A stretch of DNA of 64,000 nucleotides from an uncultured Acidimicrobiaceae bacterium (GCA_964481925.1 CAYZVQ010000002.1:3867-67866); one strand, 5' to 3'; shown: positions 35,934 through 44,834, numbered from the stretch's first letter. Numbers and translations: made by a program. Notes: generated by a model from the letters alone, not told the origin.

Positions 35934-36620
35934 TCACACTGCACCTCCTGGGGCTTTTCCGGTTGGCTCTCGGTCGGAGAGGTGACGGCCTCGTTTGGGG
36001 ACCAGCCTCTGGTCCCCCGGTGCCGGCCGCTCATAAAAATACTCGCTCCTGTCGTTGGCCTTGTGCCCGACGAGCAGCCCGGCACGGTGCCACTGCTTGA
36101 CTGTCTTTGGTTGCACACGAAGCTCATCGGCGATCTCGACGAGGCTGAGCTTGCCCCCTCGGGCCAGCCGTTCGCTGTGGCTCGGGAGGTCATGGTCGCG
36201 GCGTAGGCGGAGCACGCTGCGAGCGTTGAACAATTGCCCGCCACCGGAGGCCTTCGTTGTTGAGCAGCTCGGCCACCTCGGCGTCGGTGTGGGCATTGAG
36301 GAGCTCGTCGCAGCGGGCAATGGTCTCAGGCGGGGTCGGACCATGCGTTTGCGTTCTCGCTGCGGGGTGGCCGGGTCGTTCCACAATGCGGGGAAGTCGC
36401 TAGCCAGAGAACGGATCTTTGCCTTGTTGCCCTCGCTCAAAGCTGCTCGCGCCGCCTCGGTCGCCCGGTCGTAGTCGTCTTGAGCCTCGGCCAGTTCACG
36501 CAGCGCGCCGTTCCAATCCGCTTCTGAGGTGCCGGCTACGAGGCGCTTGTCGGGGTCGACGCACAGTTCCGCCCGGACGGTGAGGGCTGGGGTGGTCCCA
36601 TCCCGGTGGCAACCGAAACG
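35934..36620 (-). pseudogene. large serine recombinase C-terminal fragment (multiple frameshifts, N-terminal catalytic domain missing)
   Basis: LAEAQDDYDRATEAARAALSEGNKAKIRSLASDFPALWNDPATPQRERKRMVR, then (other frame) PPETIARCDELLNAHTDAEVAELLNNEGLR, then LSLVEIADELRVQPKTVKQWHRAGLLVGH. This matches conserved C-terminal segments of large serine recombinases. No resolvase domain is present. Confidence 0.6.
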
Positions 36621-36662
36621 GAGTACCTAAAATTTAAGCGCGCCACTGGCTAGGGTGAGGAC

Positions 36663-37538
36663 GTGACGCCCGTCGAGCTCATTGAATCCGTCGTGTTGCG
36701 GGATTGTGGTCGCGGGATCGAGCTTCTTGCGGCCTATGCCCAAGGGGACTTGGCTCGTGCCGCTCTTCACCTCCGTTCTGCTTCAAGCGTGGTCGTCGCG
36801 ACAGGAGTTGCTGTCCCCACTCCTCAAGGGCCGGCAGCTGAGACAGACGGCCCCGTCGGAGCAGCCGCTGTCGTTAGCGTATTGAACTCGGTCGGCATTC
36901 ACGCCGCTATTGTGACGGATCAGCTAAATGCATCCGTCTGCGCCGCCTCACTGAGCGCGTACGGGCTATCCGACAACCTGGTCCAGGTCGTGTCGCAGGA
37001 CGGCGTCCCACGGAAGGCGGCAGAGCTATGGGCAAACGGGGCGAGAACAGTACTTTTCATTGAACGGCTCGGACCAAATACCGCGCATCGATACCTTTCG
37101 ATGGGAGGTGTCGATCTAAGCACGTTCACTGTCCCGCTGGATGGGCTGCTGACCCAGCCATTCTATTCGATTGGCATCGGAGACGGCGGGAACGAGATCG
37201 GGATGGGCAGGATTCCCCATGCTGTCGTAGCCGAGACGATCGACCGAGGTGACGAGATCCATTGCTCCACCGCTACTGACGAACTTGTGCTAGCGGGAGT
37301 ATCGAACTGGGGAGCCTGGGCGTTAGTTGGCGCTATGGCCGTCCAGGATCATAACTTTGCAGGCGCTGCTACACAGGCACTGGCGGTCGATCGCTGCGAG
37401 ACTGCCCTGGAGCGAGCAGTCCATGCTGGTGCAGTGGACGGAGTAACCAAGAAGAACGTCGAGTCTGTGGATGGGTTTGATCGGCCGATCCACAGCGCCG
37501 TGCTGGTGGCTGTTGTGGCGCTGGCTGGACTTTCTTAG
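36663..37538 (+). CDS. DUF4392 / D-glutamate cyclase-like protein
   Basis: ETDGPVGAAAV, FIERLGPN...YLSMGGVD and IGIGDGGNEIGMG match my recollection of the D-glutamate cyclase-like (DUF4392) family signature. Confidence 0.55.
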   Translation: MTPVELIESVVLRDCGRGIELLAAYAQGDLARAALHLRSASSVVVATGVAVPTPQGPAAETDGPVGAAAVVSVLNSVGIHAAIVTDQLNASVCAASLSAYGLSDNLVQVVSQDGVPRKAAELWANGARTVLFIERLGPNTAHRYLSMGGVDLSTFTVPLDGLLTQPFYSIGIGDGGNEIGMGRIPHAVVAETIDRGDEIHCSTATDELVLAGVSNWGAWALVGAMAVQDHNFAGAATQALAVDRCETALERAVHAGAVDGVTKKNVESVDGFDRPIHSAVLVAVVALAGLS

Positions 37539-38559
37539 ATGTCCTCCTTATGGTCAAAGCTCTCAGGCCGAACCGCTCCTCGCGATTCCCAAGAAACGCC
37601 TCAGCTCCAAGTCCGACCCGGTGACATTGTGTGCACGGTTGACCGTCGGCTCTCCTTGGAGCACTTCGTTTTCACGGACGTCGATGCTGCTGCACCGACT
37701 GCCGCGACCTCGGCGGCCGATTCCGGTCGGAACCGACGTTGACCCACCAGCAGCGGGGAGGCGCCGCGACTATGACGTTACCGAGCATCGTGCATACCTG
37801 GACCCCCCTGAAACTCCTCGGCGAGAACGATATCGTTAACCGTCTTTTCAACATCACTAGCACTCCAGCAATCAGGGTATGGGGGGACGTCTTACTGGAG
37901 ATCGCGGCTGAACGCTCGGGGATTAGGACTACACCGGACCTGGCCCTCCGTCGCCGCGCCCTTTTCCCCTGGAGATCGTCCGCTCCTCCACTAGAGCGCC
38001 GACGAGTACCTACCGGAAGAACACAAGTGGCTCTCGAAGTTGACGGATCGTCCAGCGCCCTTGCGCGCCACGACCTCATCGACTTCGTACTCGATCTCCG
38101 GTCCTGGATATCGTTTTGCGCCCGATTGAGTGATGACAGCCATGACGCCGCCGTGCTTGCCGAAGAGCTTCCACCGATCACAAATGCGCTGGCCCCTCAT
38201 GAGGACGAACGGAGCCCGCGGCGTCGTCGAGATGACTCCGCCCTGGTTACTGGACGAGCTTCTCGGCTACTTCGGTCAGGCCTTGATTAAGTACGCCGTG
38301 AGTTGGCAAACCCTCAGTGCCGCTTCGACCCGAGACCTTGCCGACGGGGTGTGGGAAGTCTTGGTGCTTCGCGAGGCAGTTCTGAGCGCCGAGATCGTCT
38401 CCTAGGTGGGCGGCGGGGGTTCCAGCTCGGTACCCCCGTGCCAGCTTCGATGAGCCCCTTTGTCAAGATCTACTGAGGCGCCCAACAGCCTAATCATTGA
38501 GTTAGAGGGCGGGGAGAGGCACTCCCCGAATGGCAACGGACGGGATCAGCCCACTGTAA

Positions 38560-39064
38560 TGACGTGCCCAGAAGGCTTTAGGCATGGACAATGACCCTGA
38601 CCCGAGATGCCGGTCAAAGCCCACGGCGCCAGTACTCGGCCCGACATGACACAAAGCCGAGGTGCTAGCTACCTCCGACGGGGTGCCCCAGAACGAACGC
38701 GGGGCCTTCCTGCGGCGACGGCACTCTCAATTGCATCGAACCGGTCATTCGCTGGGCTGAGGATGAACAGCGCCGAATCTGACATCGTTCCGCGTACCAG
38801 TTCTACCGTAACGACCGAATCGAGGCCGCCACCAAACGGGATGAGGGAGCGGCCCTCGGTGTGCCGGTCCGTTCGTGCGGTCTGCCCGGCAAGTGCGCCG
38901 CTCACACCACCGCTTACGATGAGATCGCGGAGGTCGAGCCTGTTGCGGAACGAGAATTCACCGAGACCCTCAATGAAGAAAGCGCGCAAAAACTCGATCT
39001 CTTCGGGGCGCACCGGCGTGTCACCGAGGTCCACGACCGCCGACGCTGCTACCCGGAGCTCCAA
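38560..39064 (-). pseudogene. decayed paralog of the murL-like PP-loop gene at 55896-57248
   Basis: VVDLGDTPVRPEEIEFLRAFFIEGLGEFSFRNRLDL...LIPFGGGLDSVVTVELVR...DRFDAIESA aligns at about 55% identity by eye to aa 85-215 of the 450-aa protein. The N-terminus is missing, and there is a frameshift and stops after 38669 (FVLGHPVGGS*). Confidence 0.6.
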
Positions 39065-39862
39065 GCTGGGCGAAGCCCCTTCTGCTAAGCCGGCCCGTGG
39101 ACGCTCCGATGTCGAGAGTCCCGGGTAGGGACGACACCCAAGTTATCTCCACCTGCGGATATGACCACAAGGATTCTTGTGTTATTCCACGTGGTGTTAC
39201 CGTCGCCCCGTGCAGGACTACGCAGGTGCCTGGTCGGCGAAGCGGGGACGATGTCATCGGTTCGTGTACGGGACGGAGGACGGTCACCCGGAGCACTGCC
39301 CGGGCCCGCCGGTGGTGTCGGGATGGCGACAAGACGGCCGGGCCGCTGGGTACCCAATCGAGGCCGGTGCCCGGCACGGCTCCCAGCTTGAAGCCCGTCC
39401 GGGCCCTCCGCGCACAGGCTGGCCCTGACACACGGCGGCTACTCGTACGTGACTGCGGCCGCCAGCGAAGAGAGCGCCGGGCGGCCCCGACCACGTTCAG
39501 GGGAGGCCACGTCGTTTGCGAGAGTTACAGGGAGCGCATATCTGCCAACTATGTAGTTGCGACGCCGGACGGGATTGATCGATCTCAAGCCGACGGGGGC
39601 CATTAAGCGAAGGAATAGCGGTTTGGGAAGCTTAGGCCCACAGTCGCTAGCGGACGCCGGACAAGTACCGCCGGAACACACCGTTTTCGTATTGACCGCG
39701 TGTTATGGGGCACCACGGGTGCCCCGCTTCGCCGGATACAGGCCCGTGCTTTCCCAGAGACACGCCACCCGAGAGCGTCAACGGCGGCCTGGACGCAGTT
39801 TGCAGAGCTCCATCGGGCCCCCATCGACGGGGACCGGAGCGAAGAAAGAGAGAGGAACAAGC

Positions 39863-41419
39863 GTGGCCTGGAAGAAGCAACCACATGCCGATCACTTGAG
39901 CGCGCCCAACGGCGAGCAGGCGGCTGACGACCGAGGACGAACAGTTCGTCACGGTCTACTAACGTTTCCCGCGACAGTCTTAGCCCTCCTGGTGGCACTC
40001 TGGACCACTCAGGCACCGAGTTTCGCCGCCAACGCGGCGGGCCAAGCGAGCACCAGCGGCTGGTGGGCTGGGTACGTCTCGACCAGCCCTCCGAGCGACG
40101 CCGCTATCTCGTCTCGCGTCCAGTTGCCTACCGTTAGCTGTAGCCAAACCAGCCAGCTCTCCATGTGGGCCGGTTACGACGGTTGGTACAATAACGACGT
40201 CGAACAGGACGGCGCCACGGCATATTGCCCCAGCGCCGGCGCCCCAGCCCAGTTCAGCTTATGGTATGAACTGTACGACCAGCGCGAACTGCCTGGACAA
40301 CCCGATGCGATATGGGGCAACCCTGGTCCCATTACTATAAACGGGAGCTTCCACCCGGCCGCAGGCGACTACGTGAACATGTTTGTGAGCCATTACTCTG
40401 CCGGGCGTAGTATCCACAACGTCACGGCTGCTAACGCCATATTCTTCTCTCTGGAAGTGGTCGCCCCAAATGACCACAAATTGTTCTCGTGGTCCCACAC
40501 CATACTCGAACCCATCCTCTACGATGCGCCCTTTGCCTACTCGGAGTGCATCGCCGAGGCGCCGGGCGCCGCCTACTATCCGCTGGTAAATTTCGGAAGT
40601 GTCACCTTCACTAATTGCAGTGCCATAGATGATGCCCCCAATGACGCCAACCTGATGGTGGTAAATATGGTGGGCAAGTATGGCACCATGGCGACGGTTG
40701 GCCCGGTCACGCGGAACAGCAACGGCGAAAACTCCTTCGTGGTCTCCCAACCATCACCCTCGACGACGACTGGTACAAGTGGGGGCGGCACTGGGACAGG
40801 AGGGACAACTCCCACGACCGGTGGTGGCTCATCAGGCCCAGCATCCATCCAGATCGCGTGGAGCAGCAGCTATCCCGGATGGGTTACCATGGACCTCACA
40901 GGTTTCAACCCCGGGAGCTACAGCTACACCTGCGACTTTTCTAGCGGCGGTGATACTTCGTACACCCTGTATGTCCCAAGCACTTCTTATGTCACCGATA
41001 ACGGGAAGACGTGTTACGACCTACAAAGCGGGGACGTGATCTGGGTCACGATCGGCTCGGTGACCTCCAACCAGTTGACCGTGAATGCCCAAGTACCCCT
41101 GCCGCTCCCTGTTACCGTAACCACGGGGCCGGTGCCGACCTGGCCCGAGACTCCTGGCAGCGTGGTTCATACTTGGACCGACTACGCAGATGCGGGCGGG
41201 GCCGAGGGCTCCTCTATCCCTTCTGAGCAAACCGTAGACGTCTCTTGTAAGGTGCAAGGGTTCGCAGTAGCGGACGGCGATACGTGGTGGTACCGGATTT
41301 CATCGGCGCCCTGGGACAACCAATATTACGGTTCGGCTGACGCCTTTTACAATAACGGCCACACTGGTGGCTCACTTATCGGTACACCCTTTGTTGACCC
41401 GAACGTACCGGACTGCTGA
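39863..41419 (+). CDS. secreted protein with peptidase G1/A4 (eqolisin-like) N-terminal domain and Gly/Thr linker
   Basis: Signal/TM LLTFPATVLALLVALWTTQAPSFAANA. WWAGYV...VQLPTVSCS...SMWAGYDG...VEQDG...FSLWYELY resembles the glutamic-peptidase fold. Linker STTTGTSGGGTGTGGTTPTTGGGSSG. GTG start at 39863 follows a purine-rich SD. Confidence 0.5.
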   Translation: MAWKKQPHADHLSAPNGEQAADDRGRTVRHGLLTFPATVLALLVALWTTQAPSFAANAAGQASTSGWWAGYVSTSPPSDAAISSRVQLPTVSCSQTSQLSMWAGYDGWYNNDVEQDGATAYCPSAGAPAQFSLWYELYDQRELPGQPDAIWGNPGPITINGSFHPAAGDYVNMFVSHYSAGRSIHNVTAANAIFFSLEVVAPNDHKLFSWSHTILEPILYDAPFAYSECIAEAPGAAYYPLVNFGSVTFTNCSAIDDAPNDANLMVVNMVGKYGTMATVGPVTRNSNGENSFVVSQPSPSTTTGTSGGGTGTGGTTPTTGGGSSGPASIQIAWSSSYPGWVTMDLTGFNPGSYSYTCDFSSGGDTSYTLYVPSTSYVTDNGKTCYDLQSGDVIWVTIGSVTSNQLTVNAQVPLPLPVTVTTGPVPTWPETPGSVVHTWTDYADAGGAEGSSIPSEQTVDVSCKVQGFAVADGDTWWYRISSAPWDNQYYGSADAFYNNGHTGGSLIGTPFVDPNVPDC

Positions 41420-41452
41420 CCAGGCAGAGCCCGTCGACTTGCGACCCTGACA

Positions 41453-41480
41453 AGCGAGGTGGCGGTCCCGTCACCTCGCT
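41453..41480 (+). terminator. hairpin after the peptidase-like gene
   Basis: AGCGAGGTGGCG-gtcc-CGTCACCTCGCT (12-bp stem including one G-T), followed by TTTG. Lies 34 nt after the stop at 41419. Confidence 0.5.
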
Positions 41481-41614
41481 TTGTCGAGCAAACGGTGTGA
41501 AGCAGTTGCCCGACAGGCTTCGAGAGCACGAAGACCCCTACGAGGCGGACGCGAACCTGGCTGGACGCGCCTTGCAGAAGAAATGGAGAGCCCGAGAGAG
41601 GAGGTGAGCGAGTA

Positions 41615-41734
41615 GTGGCATCAGAGCGGTTGGGGGGGGACGAGATCCCCGAGGGGACCTTCCACGGTGGGGACGAGATCCCCGAGGGGACCTTCCACGG
41701 TGGGGACGAGATCCCCGCTGGCACGTTCCACTGA
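41615..41734 (+). CDS. candidate 39-aa repeat peptide (VASERLG-[GDEIPEGTFHG]x2-GDEIPAGTFH)
   Basis: GTG preceded by SD GAGGAGG (41598-41604). The reading frame coincides with a 33-bp tandem repeat, and a perfect 13-bp hairpin follows. There is no homology support and the ORF is very short. Confidence 0.3.
   Translation: MASERLGGDEIPEGTFHGGDEIPEGTFHGGDEIPAGTFH
41636..41731 (+). repeat. 33-bp tandem repeat x2.9 (GGGGACGAGATCCCCGAGGGGACCTTCCACGGT)
   Basis: Units at 41636-41668 and 41669-41701 are identical. The third (41702-41731) has 4 substitutions. Confidence 0.95.
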
Positions 41735-41744
41735 GTAGGTGAGG

Positions 41745-41774
41745 GGTCGGCCCGACCTTTTGGTCGGGCCGACC
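41745..41774 (+). terminator. perfect 13-bp stem / TTTT loop hairpin
   Basis: GGTCGGCCCGACC-TTTT-GGTCGGGCCGACC, 10 nt after the small-ORF stop and 87 nt before the operon start at 41861. It has no long U-tract. Confidence 0.4.
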
Positions 41775-41860
41775 TTCGCCGCCAAAGTCTCACACGGTAC
41801 GAGGTCCCGCCGCGGCGACGGGGGCCTGGTCGATCAACACGGAGCCGAAGGAGGCCTGAG

Positions 41861-42319
41861 ATGACGCAGTACAAGCTGAAATACCGGGCCGTTGGGAAGG
41901 CCGACTACGAGTTCACGTTTGCTTGGCTGGCCCCGGACAACTGCTGGCGGGTCTATATAGAGGACCAGCCCCTTTACCGGGGCCGGAACACCAGCGACGT
42001 CAGCACTCACCGATTAGGTCTGGGTTCGCGGCCCTACGTGTGCTGGGACCGCCCGCTGCTGACCTACGAGGACGCGCGAGCAGTCGCCGCATTGTGGGCG
42101 GACTGCACCCAACAATATATCGCCACAGGGTTTTTTGTCGCCCCTCCGGGCCGCGGGCCCGTTAACGACACCACGCCCTGTTCCCGCCTCAGCGAGCAGC
42201 AACTCCGGGCCGGGCCTCCCCCAGGTCCGGGAGCGTTTGTTCGCCCGGTCCCGCTTTCCCCGCCAACTCCGAACCGGTCGTCTGGGCCGATTCGCCGACT
42301 CCTGGAGCGTCTTGGATGA
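41861..42319 (+). CDS. small protein translationally coupled to JAB-E1. Candidate E1 substrate (Gly-terminated flexible tail) or E2-like partner
   Basis: Compact N-terminal domain (YEFTFAWLAPDNCWRVYIEDQP...THRLGLGSRPYVCWDRP...) with His-x11-Cys. Pro-rich tail ending ...RRLLERLG-stop. ATGA overlap with the next gene (42316-42319). No family recognised. Confidence 0.6.
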   Translation: MTQYKLKYRAVGKADYEFTFAWLAPDNCWRVYIEDQPLYRGRNTSDVSTHRLGLGSRPYVCWDRPLLTYEDARAVAALWADCTQQYIATGFFVAPPGRGPVNDTTPCSRLSEQQLRAGPPPGPGAFVRPVPLSPPTPNRSSGPIRRLLERLG

Positions 42320-43932
42320 CACTGGCACGTACCGCCCTCAGCTTTATGACCCGCCCCCAAGCCCTAGCAGAGCTGTTCCTCGGCCGAGCGTTGGCGCTGA
42401 GCCCGCCCTCCCGCTACCGGCGCATGACCCCGGGTGACCTTCGTGGACCAGGGCCGTTGGTCCTGACCGATCAGGTCCACGACCAGATAGCTCGGACGAT
42501 CGGCGATATGCCGGCTGAGCAGGGCGGCATGCTGGGCGGCCGTCGCCGGACCGGCACAGTCACGCATTTTGCCTTCGATGGGTCAGCACGATGCTCGTTC
42601 GCCACCTACACCCCCGACAGAGCGACCCTCAACCAGCTCTTGCGAGAAGAGTGGAACCCCCAGGACGTGGACTTGCTCGGTTTTGCGCACAGCCATCCGA
42701 CAGGGTCATCGAGGCCGAGCCACGGCGACCTCATTTATGCCGACAGGATCCTGGCCGCTATCCCGGCCATGGACCGGCTTGTCCTGCCCATAGTCCAGAC
42801 GATCCCGGGTTCGGGGAACTTCGGGTTGTACGCCTACGTCGCCACCAGGACCACGGGGACGGCGCAGATCGACGATGTCCCGGTCATGGTCGTACCGGCG
42901 GAGCCCGGTGATCCCACCGTTGGCGACGCTGGGTTCGACCGCGTCCGCGACGCCTACGATCTCGCCCTCACGGCGCGGGCGCGCCTGGTGTTGGTCGGCG
43001 TCGGCGGGGCGGCCGGTTTCGCCGAGTCGATGGCTCGGGCCGGGGTTGGCGAGTTCGTCCTGATCGACCCTGATGTCGTCGAGTTGCCTAACGTGGGCAC
43101 GCAGCAGGTCTACCGGTCCGACGTCGGCCGGCCGAAGATCGATGCCGTAGCCGGCCGCATACTGGACGTGAACCCCTACGCCCGGGTGGTGGGGGCTCAA
43201 GTCTCACTTGACGCGCTGAGCGATGACATGGTCCGGCGGCTCGTGCACCGGCCCTTGGCGAACAGTGCCACGCCCGGCCCTGTGACGACGGTGTTGTGCG
43301 GGTTCACCGACGACTTCTGGGCCCAGGCCCGGGTCAACCGCCTAGCACTGCACCTGGGCGTTCCCATGCTGGCCGCCCAGGTGTACCGGGAGGGCAGGGG
43401 AGCCGAAGTCAGCTTCTCCGTCCCCGGTGTGACCCGGGCGTGCGGGCGATGCGTCTTGGGGCCCCGCTACCGCGCCTTCCTGGAACGCGGCTACCGCAAC
43501 ACGGTTAGTTCCCACGGGACCCCGCTGTGGGCCACGGAGCGGCTCAATGCCCTCAAGGCCGAGGTTATTCTCGCCATCCTCCACGGCACGGCCGGGTACG
43601 GCGATGTCGGGCACCCGGCCAGAGCCCGGTACTCCTCGTTGCGCGAGCGGGTCGCCGCCCGCAACCTGGTTGTCGCCCGGCTCGATCCCGACATGGCGGA
43701 GACGCTCGGCGTCACCATGTTCGACAAAGCCTTGGCGGGGGCGGACGGCGAACGCATCGTCGCCGATGAGACCCTCTGGCTGCCACAGGACCCCGAGGGG
43801 CCGGAGACAGGGTTCGAACCATGCCCGGACTGCAAAGGCACCGGCGACCTCACCCTGTGCCAGGGCACGTTCACGGACACCCGGCTCTCGCCGCCGGCCG
43901 TGGTCGAGCTGGAGACGGCCGGCGGGAACTGA
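42316..43932 (+). CDS. JAB/MPN metalloisopeptidase - E1 (ThiF/MoeB-like adenylyltransferase) fusion
   Basis: JAMM motif GFAHSHPTGSSRPSHGD (about 42680-42729) with upstream EQGGMLGG. E1 Rossmann LVLVGVGGAAGFA...VLIDPDVVELPNVGTQ. Two CxxC pairs (CGRC at 43441-43452, CPDC at 43822-43833), as in Zn-binding ThiF/MoeB. Confidence 0.85.
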   Translation: MTLARTALSFMTRPQALAELFLGRALALSPPSRYRRMTPGDLRGPGPLVLTDQVHDQIARTIGDMPAEQGGMLGGRRRTGTVTHFAFDGSARCSFATYTPDRATLNQLLREEWNPQDVDLLGFAHSHPTGSSRPSHGDLIYADRILAAIPAMDRLVLPIVQTIPGSGNFGLYAYVATRTTGTAQIDDVPVMVVPAEPGDPTVGDAGFDRVRDAYDLALTARARLVLVGVGGAAGFAESMARAGVGEFVLIDPDVVELPNVGTQQVYRSDVGRPKIDAVAGRILDVNPYARVVGAQVSLDALSDDMVRRLVHRPLANSATPGPVTTVLCGFTDDFWAQARVNRLALHLGVPMLAAQVYREGRGAEVSFSVPGVTRACGRCVLGPRYRAFLERGYRNTVSSHGTPLWATERLNALKAEVILAILHGTAGYGDVGHPARARYSSLRERVAARNLVVARLDPDMAETLGVTMFDKALAGADGERIVADETLWLPQDPEGPETGFEPCPDCKGTGDLTLCQGTFTDTRLSPPAVVELETAGGN

Positions 43933-43993
43933 GCGGTCGGCGCCTCTGGACGCAACTTGCAAAACCAGGGTCACAGCTTGTTCGGAGGTGAGC

Positions 43994-44512
43994 ATGTCCA
44001 GTGACAACTCGCGGCACCCCGACTACGTCCCCAAGGGTGTTCCCCTCAGTGGCGTAGTGGCGCGTAGCACGGTTTGGGAACGGACCGTTGTCCCCATCGG
44101 CGGTTCGGCCCGGGCGCTGGCCTGGGTCGCCACCCCGGCATTGCTGGCCCTGACACTGACGGTCCTGGTGTGGCCGGCCCCGGGTACCGGTGCTCAGCGC
44201 CCGGGCTTCTTTGTCTTCGGCTGGCCCTGGGTGGCCAGCCTGTTGCGGGTGGCTCACAGCTTTGTACCCAGCGACCTGGTCACTTCGGTGCTGCTACTGA
44301 CCATTTGCTTGTTGACAGCCGGCTTCACCGAGGCTGGTCGACGAGTCCAGCTGGCCCTCGGTGCCGTCCTGGTTTCTGCGCTGGTGGCGCTGGCCTTCCC
44401 GGCTCTCGTGCTGGCCATAGCCGTTGCCAATTTGGCCCTATGGATCCTGGTCGGTGCCCTTATCGCCGCCGCCGTCATCATCGTCATCGCCGCGCTGTGC
44501 TCAGCGCTTTGA
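43994..44512 (+). CDS. membrane protein (4 predicted TM segments), unknown function
   Basis: ATG at 43994 after GGAGGTG. Hydrophobic segments ALAWVATPALLALTLTVLVW, FFVFGWPWVASLL, VLLLTICLLTAGF and ALVALAFPALVLAIAVANLALWILVGALIAAAVIIVIAAL. Confidence 0.6.
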   Translation: MSSDNSRHPDYVPKGVPLSGVVARSTVWERTVVPIGGSARALAWVATPALLALTLTVLVWPAPGTGAQRPGFFVFGWPWVASLLRVAHSFVPSDLVTSVLLLTICLLTAGFTEAGRRVQLALGAVLVSALVALAFPALVLAIAVANLALWILVGALIAAAVIIVIAALCSAL

Positions 44513-44530
44513 CAGGAAAGGACTACTCGC

Positions 44531-44797
44531 ATGACTTCTGCCCTACCCGCACGTGCTCTCGCCTGCCCGCAACCGGCGCCCGTGACGGCCCCTCAGCCCG
44601 CGCTGACGGTGAGCGGTCCGCGGCCCGTGACCGCTGCTCATGCCCAGGCCCCGTCGCCACGCCCGGCGGCCAAAGCCCAGCCAGAAGCCCTGGACCGCCT
44701 GGCCCGCGCCGTCGTACGTCGGGCAGCCGACAAGGGCGTCACCATCGAAGAGGCTCGCTCGTGTGCCCGGAGCGCGCCCGGGCCCGTCGACATTTGA
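44531..44797 (+). CDS. small Pro/Ala-rich protein, unknown function
   Basis: ATG 9 nt after GGAAAGGA. Fits the 18-nt gap after the previous gene. C-terminal helix-like DRLARAVVRRAADKGVTIEEAR. No homology recognised. Confidence 0.4.
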   Translation: MTSALPARALACPQPAPVTAPQPALTVSGPRPVTAAHAQAPSPRPAAKAQPEALDRLARAVVRRAADKGVTIEEARSCARSAPGPVDI

Positions 44798-44834
44798 CTC
44801 CCACCGCACCCTGACCGACGCCGAAGCCTGCCAG

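Noticed and set aside
41556-41576. Sigma54-type promoter (CTGGCTGGACGCGCCTTGCA) upstream of the operon
   Set aside because: The GG-to-GC spacing is 11 or 15 nt rather than the required 12, and the -24 element is poor. It is not supportable as a -24/-12 promoter.
41347-41874. 175-aa minus-strand ORF spanning the 33-bp repeat (…WKVPSGISSPP x2…)
   Set aside because: It would overlap both the 3' end of the peptidase-like gene and the start of the operon's first gene, and it has no SD. The plus-strand reading has an SD and a following hairpin, although that ORF is itself only tentative.
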